A stretch of 64,000 nt of DNA, from NCBI GenBank assembly GCA_046563655.1, contig CM102290.1, positions 10,726,001-10,790,000 on the forward strand. The letters run 5' to 3'. Both the position numbers and the translations under genes were made by a program. The number at the start of each line of letters is the position of its first letter. Positions within the stretch are counted from its first letter, which is position 1. The notes under the pieces are model-generated. The model made no database searches. It saw nothing but the letters and a program-made list of their open reading frames with translations, and had not been told where the DNA came from. Source of the DNA: Yuukianura sp. NJ FZ-2021 (taxonomy: Eukaryota). Of the stretch, positions 1 to 13,404 are shown piece by piece.

Positions 1-3000
1 AAAGTTAAAAGTTTAGTAGGAAAATCACTCTTTCTAATCAACTAAATTCCAAATTCCAAAAAGTTAAAAGTTTAGTAGGAAAATCACTCTTTCTAATCAA
101 CTAAATTCCAAATTCCAAAAAGTTAAAAGTTTAGTAGGAAAATCACTCTTTCTAATCAACTAAATTCCAAATTCCAAAAAGTTAAAAGTTTAGTAGGAAA
201 ATCACTCTTTCTAATCAACTAAATTCCAAATTCCAAAAAGTTAAAAGTTTAGTAGGAAAATCACTCTTTCTAATCAACTAAATTCCAAATTCCAAAAAGT
301 TAAAAGTTTAGTAGGAAAATCACTCTTTCTAATCAACTAAATTCCAAATTCCAAAAAGTTAAAAGTTTAGTAGGAAAATCACTCTTTCTAATCAACTAAA
401 TTCCAAATTCCAAAAAGTTAAAAGTTTAGTAGGAAAATCACTCTTTCTAATCAACTAAATTCCAAATTCCAAAAAGTTAAAAGTTTAGTAGGAAAATCAC
501 TCTTTCTAATCAACTAAATTCCAAATTCCAAAAAGTTAAAAGTTTAGTAGGAAAATCACTCTTTGTAATCAACTAAATTCCAAATTTCAAAACGTTAAAA
601 GTTTAGTAGGAAAATCACTCTTTCTAATCAACTAAATTCCAAATTCCAAAAAGTTAAAAGTTTAGTAGGAAAATCATTCTTTCTAATCAACTAAATTCCA
701 AATTCCAAAACGTTAAAAATTTAGTAGGACAATCACTCTGTCTAATCAACTAAATTCCAAATTTCAAAACGTTAAAAGTTTAGTAGGAAAATCACTCTTT
801 CTAATCAACTAAATTCCAAATTCCAAAAAGTTAAAAGTTTAGTAGGAAAATCACTCTTTCTAATCAACTAAATTCCAAATTCCAAAAGTTAAAAGTTTAG
901 TAGGAAAATCACTCTTTCTAATCAACTAAATTCCAAATTCCAAAAAGTTAAAAGTTTAGTAGGAAAATCACTCTTTCTAATCAACTAAATTCCAAATTCC
1001 AAAAAGTTAAAAGTTTAGTAGGAAAATCACTCTTTCTAATCAACTAAATTCCAAATTCCAAAAAGTTAAAAGTTTAGTAGGAAAATCACTCTTTCTAATC
1101 AACTAAATTCCAAATTCCAAAAAGTTAAAAGTTTAGTAGGAAAATCACTCTTTCTAATCAACTAAATTCCAAATTCCAAAAAGTTAAAAGTTTAGTAGGA
1201 AAATCACTCTTTCTAATCAACTAAATTCCAAATTTCAAAACGTTAAAAGTTTAGTAGGAAAATCACTCTTTCTAATCAACTAAATTCCAAATTCCAAAAA
1301 GTTAAAAGTTTAGTAGGAAAATCACTCTTTCTAATCAACTAAATTCCAAATTCCAAAAAGTTAAAAGTTTAGTAGGAAAATCACTCTTTCTAATCAACTA
1401 AATTCCAAATTCCAAAAAGTTAAAAGTTTAGTAGGAAAATCACTCTTTCTAATCAACTAAATTCCAAATTCCAAAAAGTTAAAAGTTTAGTAGGAAAATC
1501 ACTCTTTCTAATCAACTAAATTCCAAATTCCAAAAAGTTAAAAGTTTAGTAGGAAAATCACTCTTTCTAATCAACTAAATTACAAATTCCAAAAAGTTAA
1601 AAGTTTAGTAGGAAAATCACTCTTTCTAATCAACTAAATTCCAAATTTCAAAACGTTAAAAGTTTAGTAGGAAAATCACTCTTTCTAATCAACTAAATTC
1701 CAAATTCCAAAAAGTTAAAAGTTTAGTAGGAAAATCACTCTTTCTAATCAACTAAATTCCAAATTCCAAAAAGTTAAAAGTTTAGTAGGAAAATCACTCT
1801 TTCTAATCAACTAAATTCCAAATTCCAAAAAGTTAAAAGTTTAGTAGGAAAATCACTCTTTCTAATCAACTAAATTCCAAATTCCAAAAAGTTAAAAGTT
1901 TAGTAGGAAAATCACTCTTTCTAATCAACTAAATTCCAAATTCCAAAAAGTTAAAAGTTTAGTAGGAAAATCACTCTTTCTAATCAACTAAATTCCAAAT
2001 TCCAAAAAGTTAAAAGTTTAGTAGGAAAATCACTCTTTCTAATCAACTAAATTCCAAATTCCAAACAGCTAAAAGTTTAGTAGGAAAATCACTCTTTCTA
2101 ATCAACTAAATTCCAAATTCAAGTTAAAAGTTTAGTAGGAAAATCACTCTTTCTAATCAACTAAATTCCAAATTCCAAAAAGTTAAAAGTTTAGTAGGAA
2201 AATCACTCTTTCTAATCAACTAAATTCCAAATTCCAAAAAGTTAAAAGTTTAGTAGGAAAATCACTCTTTCTAATCAACTAAATTCCAAATTCCAAAAAG
2301 TTAAAAGTTTAGTAGGAAAATCACTCTTTCTAATCAACTAAATTCCAAATTCCAAAAAGTTAAAAGTTTAGTAGGAAAATCACTCTTTGTAATCAACTAA
2401 ATTCCAAATTTCAAAACGTTAAAAGTTTAGTAGGAAAATCACTCTTTCTAATCAACTAAATTCCAAATTCCAAAAAGTTAAAAGTTTAGTAGGAAAATCA
2501 TTCTTTCTAATCAACTAAATTCCAAATTCCAAAACGTTAAAAATTTAGTAGGACAATCACTCTGTCTAATCAACTAAATTCCAAATTTCAAAACGTTAAA
2601 AGTTTAGTAGGAAAATCACTCTTTCTAATCAACTAAATTCCAAATTCCAAAAAGTTAAAAGTTTAGTAGGAAAATCACTCTTTCTAATCAACTAAATTCC
2701 AAATTCCAAAAAGTTAAAAGTTTAGTAGGAAAATCACTCTTTCTAATCAACTAAATTCCAAATTCCAAAAAGTTAAAAGTTTAGTAGGAAAATCACTCTT
2801 TCTAATCAACTAAATTCCAAATTCCAAAATTTGTAATCAACTAAATTCCAAATTTCAAAACGTTAAAAGTTTAGTAGGAAAATCACTCTTTCTAATCAAC
2901 TAAATTCCAAATTCCAAAAAGTTAAAAGTTTAGTAGGAAAATCACTCTTTCTAATCAACTAAATTCCAAATTCCAAAACGTTAAAAATTTAGTAGGACAA

Positions 3001-6000
3001 TCACTCTGTCTAATCAACTAAATTCCAAATTTCAAAACGTTAAAAGTTTAGTAGGAAAATCACTCTTTCTAATCAACTAAATTCCAAATTTCAAAACGTT
3101 AAAAGTTTAGTAGGAAAATCACTCTTTCTAATCAACTAAATTCCAAATTCCAAAAAGTTAAAAGTTTAGTAGGAAAATCACTCTTTCTAATCAACTAAAT
3201 TCCAAATTCCAAAAAGTTAAAAGTTTAGTAGGAAAATCACTCTTTCTAATCAACTAAATTCCAAATTCCAAAACGTTAAAAGTTTAGTAGGAAAATCACT
3301 CTTTCTAATCAACTAAATTCCAAATTTCAAAACGTTAAAAGTTTAGTAGGAAAATCACTCTTTCTAATCAACTAAATTCCAAATTTCAAAACGTTAAAAG
3401 TTTAGTAGGAAAATCACTCTTTCTAATCAACTAAATTCCAAATTCCAAAAAGTTAAAAGTTTAGTAGGAAAATCACTCTTTCTAATCAACTAAATTCCAA
3501 ATTCCAAAACGTTAAAAATTTAGTAGGAAAATCACTCTTTCTAATCAACTAAATTCCAAATTCCAAAACGTTAAAAGTTTAGTAGGAAAATCACTCTTTC
3601 TAATCAACTAAATTCCAAATTCCAAAAAGTTAAAAGTTTAGTAGGAAAATCACTCTTTCTAATCAACTAAATTCCAAATTCCAAAAAGTTAAAAGTTTAG
3701 TAGGAAAATCACTCTTTCTAATCAACTAAATTCCAAATTCCAAAAAGTTAAAAGTTTAGTAGGAAAATCACTCTTTCTAATCAACTAAATTCCAAATTCC
3801 AAAAAGTTAAAAGTTTAGTAGGAAAATCACTCTTTCTAATCAACTAAATTCCAAATTCCAAAAAGTTAAAAGTTTAGTAGGAAAATCACTCTTTCTAATC
3901 AACTAAATTCCAAATTCCAAAAAGTTAAAAGTTTAGTAGGAAAATCACTCTTTCTAATCAACTAAATTCCAAATTCCAAAAAGTTAAAAGTTTAGTAGGA
4001 AAATCACTCTTTCTAATCAACTAAATTCCAAATTCCAAAAAGTTAAAAGTTTAGTAGGAAAATCACTCTTTCTAATCAACTAAATTCCAAATTCCAAAAA
4101 GTTAAAAGTTTAGTAGGAAAATCACTCTTTCTAATCAACTAAATTCCAAATTCCAAAAAGTTAAAAGTTTAGTAGGAAAATCACTCTTTGTAATCAACTA
4201 AATTCCAAATTTCAAAACGTTAAAAGTTTAGTAGGAAAATCACTCTTTCTAATCAACTAAATTCCAAATTCCAAAAAGTTAAAAGTTTAGTAGGAAAATC
4301 ACTCTTTCTAATCAACTAAATTCCAAATTCCAAAAAGTTAAAAGTTTAGTAGGAAAATCACTCTTTCTAATCAACTAAATTCCAAATTCCAAAAAGTTAA
4401 AAGTTTAGTAGGAAAATCACTCTTTCTAATCAACTAAATTCCAAATTCCAAAAAGTTAAAAGTTTAGTAGGAAAATCACTCTTTGTAATCAACTAAATTC
4501 CAAATTTCAAAACGTTAAAAGTTTAGTAGGAAAATCACTCTTTCTAATCAACTAAATTCCAAATTCCAAAAAGTTAAAAGTTTAGTAGGAAAATCATTCT
4601 TTCTAATCAACTAAATTCCAAATTCCAAAACGTTAAAAATTTAGTAGGACAATCACTCTGTCTAATCAACTAAATTCCAAATTTCAAAACGTTAAAAGTT
4701 TAGTAGGAAAATCACTCTTTCTAATCAACTAAATTCCAAATTCCAAAAAGTTAAAAGTTTAGTAGGAAAATCACTCTTTCTAATCAACTAAATTCCAAAT
4801 TCCAAAAAGTTAAAAGTTTAGTAGGAAAATCACTCTTTCTAATCAACTAAATTCCAAATTCCAAAAAGTTAAAAGTTTAGTAGGAAAATCACTCTTTCTA
4901 ATCAACTAAATTCCAAATTCCAAAAAGTTAAAAGTTTAGTAGGAAAATCACTCTTTCTAATCAACTAAATTCCAAATTCCAAAAAGTTAAAAGTTTAGTA
5001 GGAAAATCACTCTTTCTAATCAACTAAATTCCAAATTCCAAAACGTTAAAAGTTTAGTAGGAAAATCACTCTTTCTAATCAACTAAATTCCAAATTCCAA
5101 AAAGTTAAAAGTTTAGTAGGAAAATCACTCTTTCTAATCAACTAAATTCCAAATTCCAAAAAGTTAAAAGTTTAGTAGGAAAATCACTCTTTCTAATCAA
5201 CTAAATTCCAAATTCCAAAAAGTTAAAAGTTTAGTAGGAAAATCACTCTTTCTAATCAACTAAATTCCAAATTCCAAAAAGTTAAAAGTTTAGTAGGAAA
5301 ATCACTCTTTCTAATCAACTAAATTCCAAATTCCAAAAAGTTAAAAGTTTAGTAGGAAAATCACTCTTTCTAATCAACTAAATTCCAAATTCCAAAAAGT
5401 TAAAAGTTTAGTAGGAAAATCACTCTTTCTAATCAACTAAATTCCAAATTCCAAAAAGTTAAAAGTTTAGTAGGAAAATCACTCTTTCTAATCAACTAAA
5501 TTCCAAATTCCAAAAAGTTAAAAGTTTAGTAGGAAAATCACTCTTTCTAATCAACTAAATTCCAAATTCCAAAAAGTTAAAAGTTTAGTAGGAAAATCAC
5601 TCTTTCTAATCAACTAAATTCCAAATTCCAAAAAGTTAAAAGTTTAGTAGGAAAATCACTCTTTCTAATCAACTAAATTCCAAATTCCAAAAAGTTAAAA
5701 GTTTAGTAGGAAAATCACTCTTTCTAATCAACTAAATTCCAAATTCCAAAAAGTTAAAAGTTTAGTAGGAAAATCACTCTTTCTAATCAACTAAATTCCA
5801 AATTCCAAAAAGTTAAAAGTTTAGTAGGAAAATCACTCTTTCTAATCAACTAAATTCCAAATTCCAAAAAGTTAAAAGTTTAGTAGGAAAATCACTCTTT
5901 CTAATCAACTAAATTCCAAATTCCAAAAAGTTAAAAGTTTAGTAGGAAAATCACTCTTTCTAATCAACTAAATTCCAAATTCCAAAAAGTTAAAAGTTTA

Positions 6001-6573
6001 GTAGGAAAATCACTCTTTCTAATCAACTAAATTCCAAATTCCAAAAAGTTAAAAGTTTAGTAGGAAAATCACTCTTTCTAATCAACTAAATTCCAAATTC
6101 CAAAAAGTTAAAAGTTTAGTAGGAAAATCACTCTTTCTAATCAACTAAATTCCAAATTCCAAAACGTTAAAAATTTAGTAGGACAATCACTCTTTCTAAT
6201 CAACTAAATTCCAAATTTCAAAACGTTAAAAGTTTAGTAGGAAAATCACTCTTTCTAATCAACTAAATTCCAAATTCCAAAAAGTTAAAAGTTTAGTAGG
6301 AAAATCACTCTTTCTAATCAACTAAATTCCAAATTCCAAAAAGTTAAAAGTTTAGTAGGAAAATCACTCTTTCTAATCAACTAAATTCCAAATTCCAAAA
6401 AGTTAAAAGTTTAGTAGGAAAATCACTCTTTCTAATCAACTAAATTCCAAATTCCAAAAAGTTAAAAGTTTAGTAGGAAAATCACTCTTTCTAATCAACT
6501 AAATTCCAAATTCCAAAAAGTTAAAAGTTTAGTAGGAAAATCACTCTTTCTAATCAACTAAATTCCAAATTCC
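1..6573 (+). repeat. 59-bp tandem satellite, left arm (~111 copies, runs off the window start)
   Basis: Monomer AAAGTTAAAAGTTTAGTAGGAAAATCACTCTTTCTAATCAACTAAATTCCAAATTCCAA repeats head-to-tail with a 59-nt period. Copies are near-identical, with a small set of recurring variants and indels at ~885, ~2120 and ~2830. No ORFs. Confidence 0.99.
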
Positions 6574-6576
6574 TAA

Positions 6577-9500
6577 CCTACTAAACTTTTAACTTTTTGG
6601 AATTTGGAATTTAGTTGATTAGAAAGAGTGATTTTCCTACTAAACTTTTAACTTTTTGGAATTTGGAATTTAGTTGATTAGAAAGAGTGATTTTCCTACT
6701 AAACTTTTAACTTTTTGGAATTTGGAATTTAGTTGATTAGAAAGAGTGATTTTCCTACTAAACTTTTAGCTTTTTGGAATTTGGAATTTAGTTGATTAGA
6801 AAGAGTGATTTTCCTACTAAACTTTTAACTTTTTGGAATTTGGAATTTAGTTGATTAGAAAGAGTGATTTTCCTACTAAACTTTTAACTTTTTGGAATTT
6901 GGAATTTAGTTGATTAGAAAGAGTGATTTTCCTACTAAACTTTTAACGTTTTGGAATTTGGAATTTAGTTGATTAGAAAGAGTGATTTTCCTACTAAACT
7001 TTTAACTTTTTGGAATTTGGAATTTAGTTGATTAGAAAGAGTGATTTTCCTACTAAACTTTTAACTTTTTGGAATTTGGAATTTAGTTGATTAGAAAGAG
7101 TGATTTTCCTACTAAACTTTTAGCTGTTTGGAATTTGGAATTATTTGGAATTTAGTTGATTAGAAAGAGTGATTTTCCTACTAAACTTTTAACTTTTTGG
7201 AATTTGGAATTTAGTTGATTAGAAAGAGTGATTTTCCTACTAAACTTTTAACTTTTTGGAATTTGGAATTTAGTTGATTAGAAAGAGTGATTTTCCTACT
7301 AAACTTTTAACTTTTTGGAATTTGGAATTTAGTTGATTAGAAAGAGTGATTTTCCTACTAAACTTTTAACTTTTTGGAATTTGGAATTTAGTTGATTAGA
7401 AAGAGTGATTTTCCTACTAAACTTTTAACTTTTTGGAATTTGGAATTTAGTTGATTAGAAAGAGTGATTTTCCTACTAAACTTTAACTTTTTGGAATTTG
7501 GAATTTAGTTGATTAGAAAGAGTGATTTTCCTACTAAACTTTTAACTTTTTGGAATTTGGAATTTAGTTGATTAGAAAGAGTGATTTTCCTACTAAACTT
7601 TTAACTTTTTGGAATTTGGAATTTAGTTGATTAGAAAGAGTGATTTTCCTACTAAACTTTTAACTTTTTGGAATTTGGAATTTAGTTGATTAGAAAGAGT
7701 GATTTTCCTACTAAACTTTTAACTTTTTGGAATTTGGAATTTAGTTGATTAGAAAGAGTGATTTTCCTACTAAACTTTTAACTTTTTGGAATTTGGAATT
7801 TAGTTGATTAGAAAGAGTGATTTTCCTACTAAACTTTTAACTTTTTGGAATTTGGAATTTAGTTGATTAGAAAGAGTGATTTTCCTACTAAACTTTTAAC
7901 TTTTTGGAATTTGGAATTTAGTTGATTAGAAAGAGTGATTTTCCTACTAAACTTTTAACTTTTTGGAATTTTGAATTATGACATTTAGAAAGAGTGATTT
8001 TAATACTAAACTTTTAACTTTTTGGAATTTGGAATTATGCTGTTTAGAAAGAGTGATTTTCCTACTAAACTTTTAACTTTTTGGAATTTGGAATTTAGTT
8101 GATTAGAAAGAGTGATTTTCCTACTAAACTTTTAACTTTTTGGAATTTGGAATTTAGTTGATTAGAAAGAGTGATTTTCCTACTAAACTTTTAACTTTTT
8201 GGAATTTGGAATTTAGTTGATTAGAAAGAGTGATTTTCCTACTAAACTTTTAACTTTTTGGAATTTGGAATTTAGTTGATTAGAAAGAGTGATTTTCCTA
8301 CTAAACTTTTAACTTTTTGGAATTTGGAATTTAGTTGATTAGAAAGAGTGATTTTCCTACTAAACTTTTAACGTTTTGAAATTTGGAATTTAGTTGATTA
8401 GACAGAGTGATTGTCCTACTAAATTTTTAACGTTTTGGAATTTGGAATTTAGTTGATTAGAAAGAATGATTTTCCTACTAAACTTTTAACTTTTTGGAAT
8501 TTGGAATTTAGTTGATTAGAAAGAGTGATTTTCCTTTTTGGAATTTGGAATTTAGTTGATTAGAAAGAGTGATTTTCCTACTAAACTTTTAACTTTTTGG
8601 AATTTGGAATTTAGTTGATTAGAAAGAGTGATTTTCCTACTAAACTTTTAACTTTTTGGAATTTGGAATTTAGTTGATTAGAAAGAGTGATTTTCCTACT
8701 AAACTTTTAACTTTTTGGAATTTGGAATTTAGTTGATTAGAAAGAGTGATTTTCCTACTAAACTTTTAACGTTTTGAAATTTGGAATTTAGTTGATTACA
8801 AAGAGTGATTTTCCTACTAAACTTTTAACTTTTTGGAATTTGGAATTTAGTTGATTAGAAAGAGTGATTTTCCTACTAAACTTTTAACTTTTTGGAATTT
8901 GGAATTTAGTTGATTAGAAAGAGTGATTTTCCTACTAAACTTTTAACTTTTTGGAATTTGGAATTTAGTTGATTAGAAAGAGTGATTTTCCTACTAAACT
9001 TTTAACTTTTTGGAATTTGGAATTTAGTTGATTAGAAAGAGTGATTTTCCTACTAAACTTTTAACTTTTTGGAATTTGGAATTTAGTTGATTAGAAAGAG
9101 TGATTTTCCTACTAAACTTTTAACTTTTTGGAATTTGGAATTTAGTTGATTAGAAAGAGTGATTTTCCTACTAAACTTTTAACTTTTTGGAATTTGGAAT
9201 TTAGTTGATTAGAAAGAGTGATTTTCCTACTAAACTTTTAACTTTTTGGAATTTGGAATTTAGTTGATTAGAAAGAGTGATTTTCCTACTAAACTTTTAA
9301 CTTTTTGGAATTTGGAATTTAGTTGATTAGAAAGAGTGATTTTCCTACTAAACTTTTAACTTTTTGGAGTTTGGAATTTAGTTGATTAGAAAGAGTGATT
9401 TTCCTACTAAACTTTTAACTTTTTGGAATTTGGAATTTAGTTGATTAGAAAGAGTGATTTTCCTACTAAACTTTTAACGTTTTGAAATTTGGAATTTAGT

Positions 9501-12500
9501 TGATTAGACAGAGTGATTGTCCTACTAAATTTTTAACGTTTTGGAATTTGGAATTTAGTTGATTAGAAAGAGTGATTTTCCTACTAAACTTTTAACTTTT
9601 TGGAATTTGGAATTTAGTTGATTAGAAAGAGTGATTTTCCTACTAAACTTTTAACGTTTTGAAATTTGGAATTTAGTTGATTAGAAAGAGTGATTTTCCT
9701 ACTAAACTTTTAACGTTTTGAAATTTGGAATTTAGTTGATTAGACAGAGTGATTGTCCTACTAAATTTTTAACGTTTTGGAATTTGGAATTTAGTTGATT
9801 AGAAAGAGTGATTTTCCTACTAAACTTTTAACTTTTTGGAATTTGGAATTTAGTTGATTAGAAAGAGTGATTTTCCTACTAAACTTTTAACTTTTTGGAA
9901 TTTGGAATTTAGTTGATTAGAAAGAGTGATTTTCCTACTAAACTTTTAACGTTTTGAAATTTGGAATTTAGTTGATTAGAAAGAGTGATTTTCCTACTAA
10001 ACTTTTAACGTTTTGAAATTTGGAATTTAGTTGATTAGACAGAGTGATTGTCCTACTAAATTTTTAACGTTTTGGAATTTGGAATTTAGTTGATTAGAAA
10101 GAGTGATTTTCCTACTAAACTTTTAACTTTTTGGAATTTGGAATTTAGTTGATTAGAAAGAGTGATTTTCCTACTAAACTTTTAACGTTTTGAAATTTGG
10201 AATTTAGTTGATTACAAAGAGTGATTTTCCTACTAAACTTTTAACTTTTTGGAATTTGGAATTTAGTTGATTAGAAAGAGTGATTTTCCTACTAAACTTT
10301 TAACTTTTTGGAATTTGGAATTTAGTTGATTAGAAAGAGTGATTTTCCTACTAAACTTTTAACTTTTTGGAATTTGGAATTTAGTTGATTAGAAAGAGTG
10401 ATTTTCCTACTAAACTTTTAACTTTTTGGAATTTGGAATTTAGTTGATTAGAAAGAGTGATTTTCCTACTAAACTTTTAACTTTTTGGAATTTGGAATTT
10501 AGTTGATTAGAAAGAGTGATTTTCCTACTAAACTTTTAACTTTTTGGAATTTGGAATTTAGTTGATTAGAAAGAGTGATTTTCCTACTAAACTTTTAACT
10601 TTTTGGAATTTGGAATTTAGTTGATTAGAAAGAGTGATTTTCCTACTAAACTTTTAACTTTTTGGAATTTGGAATTTAGTTGATTAGAAAGAGTGATTTT
10701 CCTACTAAACTTTTAACTTTTTGGAATTTGGAATTTAGTTGATTAGAAAGAGTGATTTTCCTACTAAACTTTTAACTTTTTGGAATTTGGAATTTAGTTG
10801 ATTAGAAAGAGTGATTTTCCTACTAAACTTTTAACTTTTTGGAATTTGGAATTTAGTTGATTAGAAAGAGTGATTTTCCTACTAAACTTTTAACTTTTTG
10901 GAATTTGGAATTTAGTTGATTAGAAAGAGTGATTTTCCTACTAAACTTTTAACGTTTTGAAATTTGGAATTTAGTTGATTAGACAGAGTGATTGTCCTAC
11001 TAAATTTTTAACGTTTTGGAATTTGGAATTTAGTTGATTAGAAAGAATGATTTTCCTACTAAACTTTTAACTTTTTGGAATTTGGAATTTAGTTGATTAG
11101 AAAGAGTGATTTTCCTACTAAACTTTTAACGTTTTGAAATTTGGAATTTAGTTGATTACAAAGAGTGATTTTCCTACTAAACTTTTAACTTTTTGGAATT
11201 TGGAATTTAGTTGATTAGAAAGAGTGATTTTCCTACTAAACTTTTAACTTTTTGGAATTTGGAATTTAGTTGATTAGAAAGAGTGATTTTCCTACTAAAC
11301 TTTTAACTTTTTGGAATTTGGAATTTAGTTGATTAGAAAGAGTGATTTTCCTACTAAACTTTTAACTTTTTGGAATTTGGAATTTAGTTGATTAGAAAGA
11401 GTGATTTTCCTACTAAACTTTTAACTTTTTGGAATTTGGAATTTAGTTGATTAGAAAGAGTGATTTTCCTACTAAACTTTTAGCTGTTTGGAATTTGGAA
11501 TTTAGTTGATTAGAAAGAGTGATTTTCCTACTAAACTTTTAACTTTTTGGAATTTGGAATTTAGTTGATTAGAAAGAGTGATTTTCCTACTAAACTTTTA
11601 ACTTTTTGGAATTTGGAATTTAGTTGATTAGAAAGAGTGATTTTCCTACTAAACTTTTAACTTTTTGGAATTTGGAATTTAGTTGATTAGAAAGAGTGAT
11701 TTTCCTACTAAACTTTTAACTTTTTGGAATTTGGAATTTAGTTGATTAGAAAGAGTGATTTTCCTACTAAACTTTTAACTTTTTGGAATTTGGAATTTAG
11801 TTGATTAGAAAGAGTGATTTTCCTACTAAACTTTTAACTTTTTGGAATTTGGAATTTAGTTGATTAGAAAGAGTGATTTTCCTACTAAACTTTTAACGTT
11901 TTGAAATTTGGAATTTAGTTGATTAGAAAGAGTGATTTTCCTACTAAACTTTTAACTTTTTGGTATTTGTAATTTAGTTGATTAGAAAGAGTGATTTTCC
12001 TACTAAACGTTTAACTTTTTGGAATTTGTAATTTAGTTGATTAGAAAGAGTGATTTTCCTACTAAACTTTTAACTTTTTGGAATTTGGAATTTAGTTGAT
12101 TAGAAAGAGTGATTTTCCTACTAAACTTTTAACTTTTTGGAATTTGGAATTTAGTTGATTAGAAAGAGTGATTTACCTACTAAACTTTTAACTTTTTGGA
12201 ATTTGGAATTTAGTTGATTAGAAAGAGTGATTTTCCTACTAAACTTTTAACTTTTTGGAATTTGGAATTTAGTTGGTTAGAAAGAGTGATTTTCCTACTA
12301 AACTTTTAACGTTTTGAAATTTGGAATTTAGTTGATTAGAAAGAGTGATTTTCCTACTAAACTTTTAACTTTTTGGAATTTGGAATTTAGTTGATTAGAA
12401 AGAGTGATTTTCCTACTAAACTTTTAGCTGTTTGGAATTTGGAATTTAGTTGATTAGAAAGAGTGATTTTCCTACTAAACTTTTAACTTTTTGGAATTTG

Positions 12501-12975
12501 GAATTTAGTTGATTAGAAAGAGTGATTTTCCTACTAAACTTTTAACTTTTTGGAATTTGGAATTTAGTTGATTAGAAAGAGTGATTTTCCTACTAAACTT
12601 TTAACTTTTTGGAATTTGGAATTTAGTTGATTAGAAAGAGTGATTTTCCTACTAAACTTTTAACTTTTTGGAATTTGGAATTTAGTTGATTAGAAAGAGT
12701 GATTTTCCTACTAAACTTTTAACTTTTTGGAATTTGGAATTTAGTTGATTAGAAAGAGTGATTTTCCTACTAAACTTTTAACTTTTTGGAATTTGGAATT
12801 TAGTTGATTAGAAAGAGTGATTTTCCTACTAAACTTTTAACTTTTTGGAATTTGGAATTTAGTTGATTAGAAAGAGTGATTTTCCTACTAAACTTTTAAC
12901 GTTTTGAAATTTGGAATTATGTTATTTAAAAACAGTGATTTTCATAGTAAATTTTTAACTTTTTGAAAAATTTGA
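6577..12975 (-). repeat. 59-bp tandem satellite, right arm, inverted relative to left arm (~108 copies)
   Basis: Exact reverse complement of the left-arm monomer (TTGGAATTTGGAATTTAGTTGATTAGAAAGAGTGATTTTCCTACTAAACTTTTAACTTT). The last monomer (~12918-12975) is degenerate and fades into unique sequence. Confidence 0.99.
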
Positions 12976-13351
12976 ACAGAGTGAAATCTGAGCTAACCTT
13001 GAACAACATTTTTATGCAAACGGTTTTTTCGCATTTTGGTGAAATTGTGCACAAAAAGGCCCCATATCTCCACTGAAAGTTATGAGCCACGTTTCGTTGC
13101 ATAAATCTCGTGAAAACAGTTTCTTAACGTTTTTCTTGCGTTTGCGGACAGCCGGTGTAAAAACCTTATCAATTGCCAACTCCCTCCAGAAGACCTATGC
13201 TCAACCCTTAAGCATCGCCCTGCCTTGTTGTAGTTTGATACTACTGCGCATGCGTAGTTCTACTGATTGATTGAGATGAGAATCAGAATGATAAAGCAAT
13301 TAGAATTCAATTTGGTGCAGCTCCCGCCATCTCTTGGTAAAGCAGAGCAAT

Positions 13352-13403
13352 ATTCCTGGATGTAAAAACACATCTCGATTCCTGGTGTCAAAAACACATC
13401 TCA
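13352..13403. repeat. 26-bp tandem duplication
   Basis: attcctggatgtaaaaacacatctcg followed by attcctggtgtcaaaaacacatctca. Confidence 0.8.
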
Positions 13404-13404
13404 A

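Noticed and set aside
1..12975. CRISPR-like array or coding repeat
   Set aside because: Monomers are contiguous with no unique spacers, there are no ORFs or cas genes, and the context is eukaryotic.
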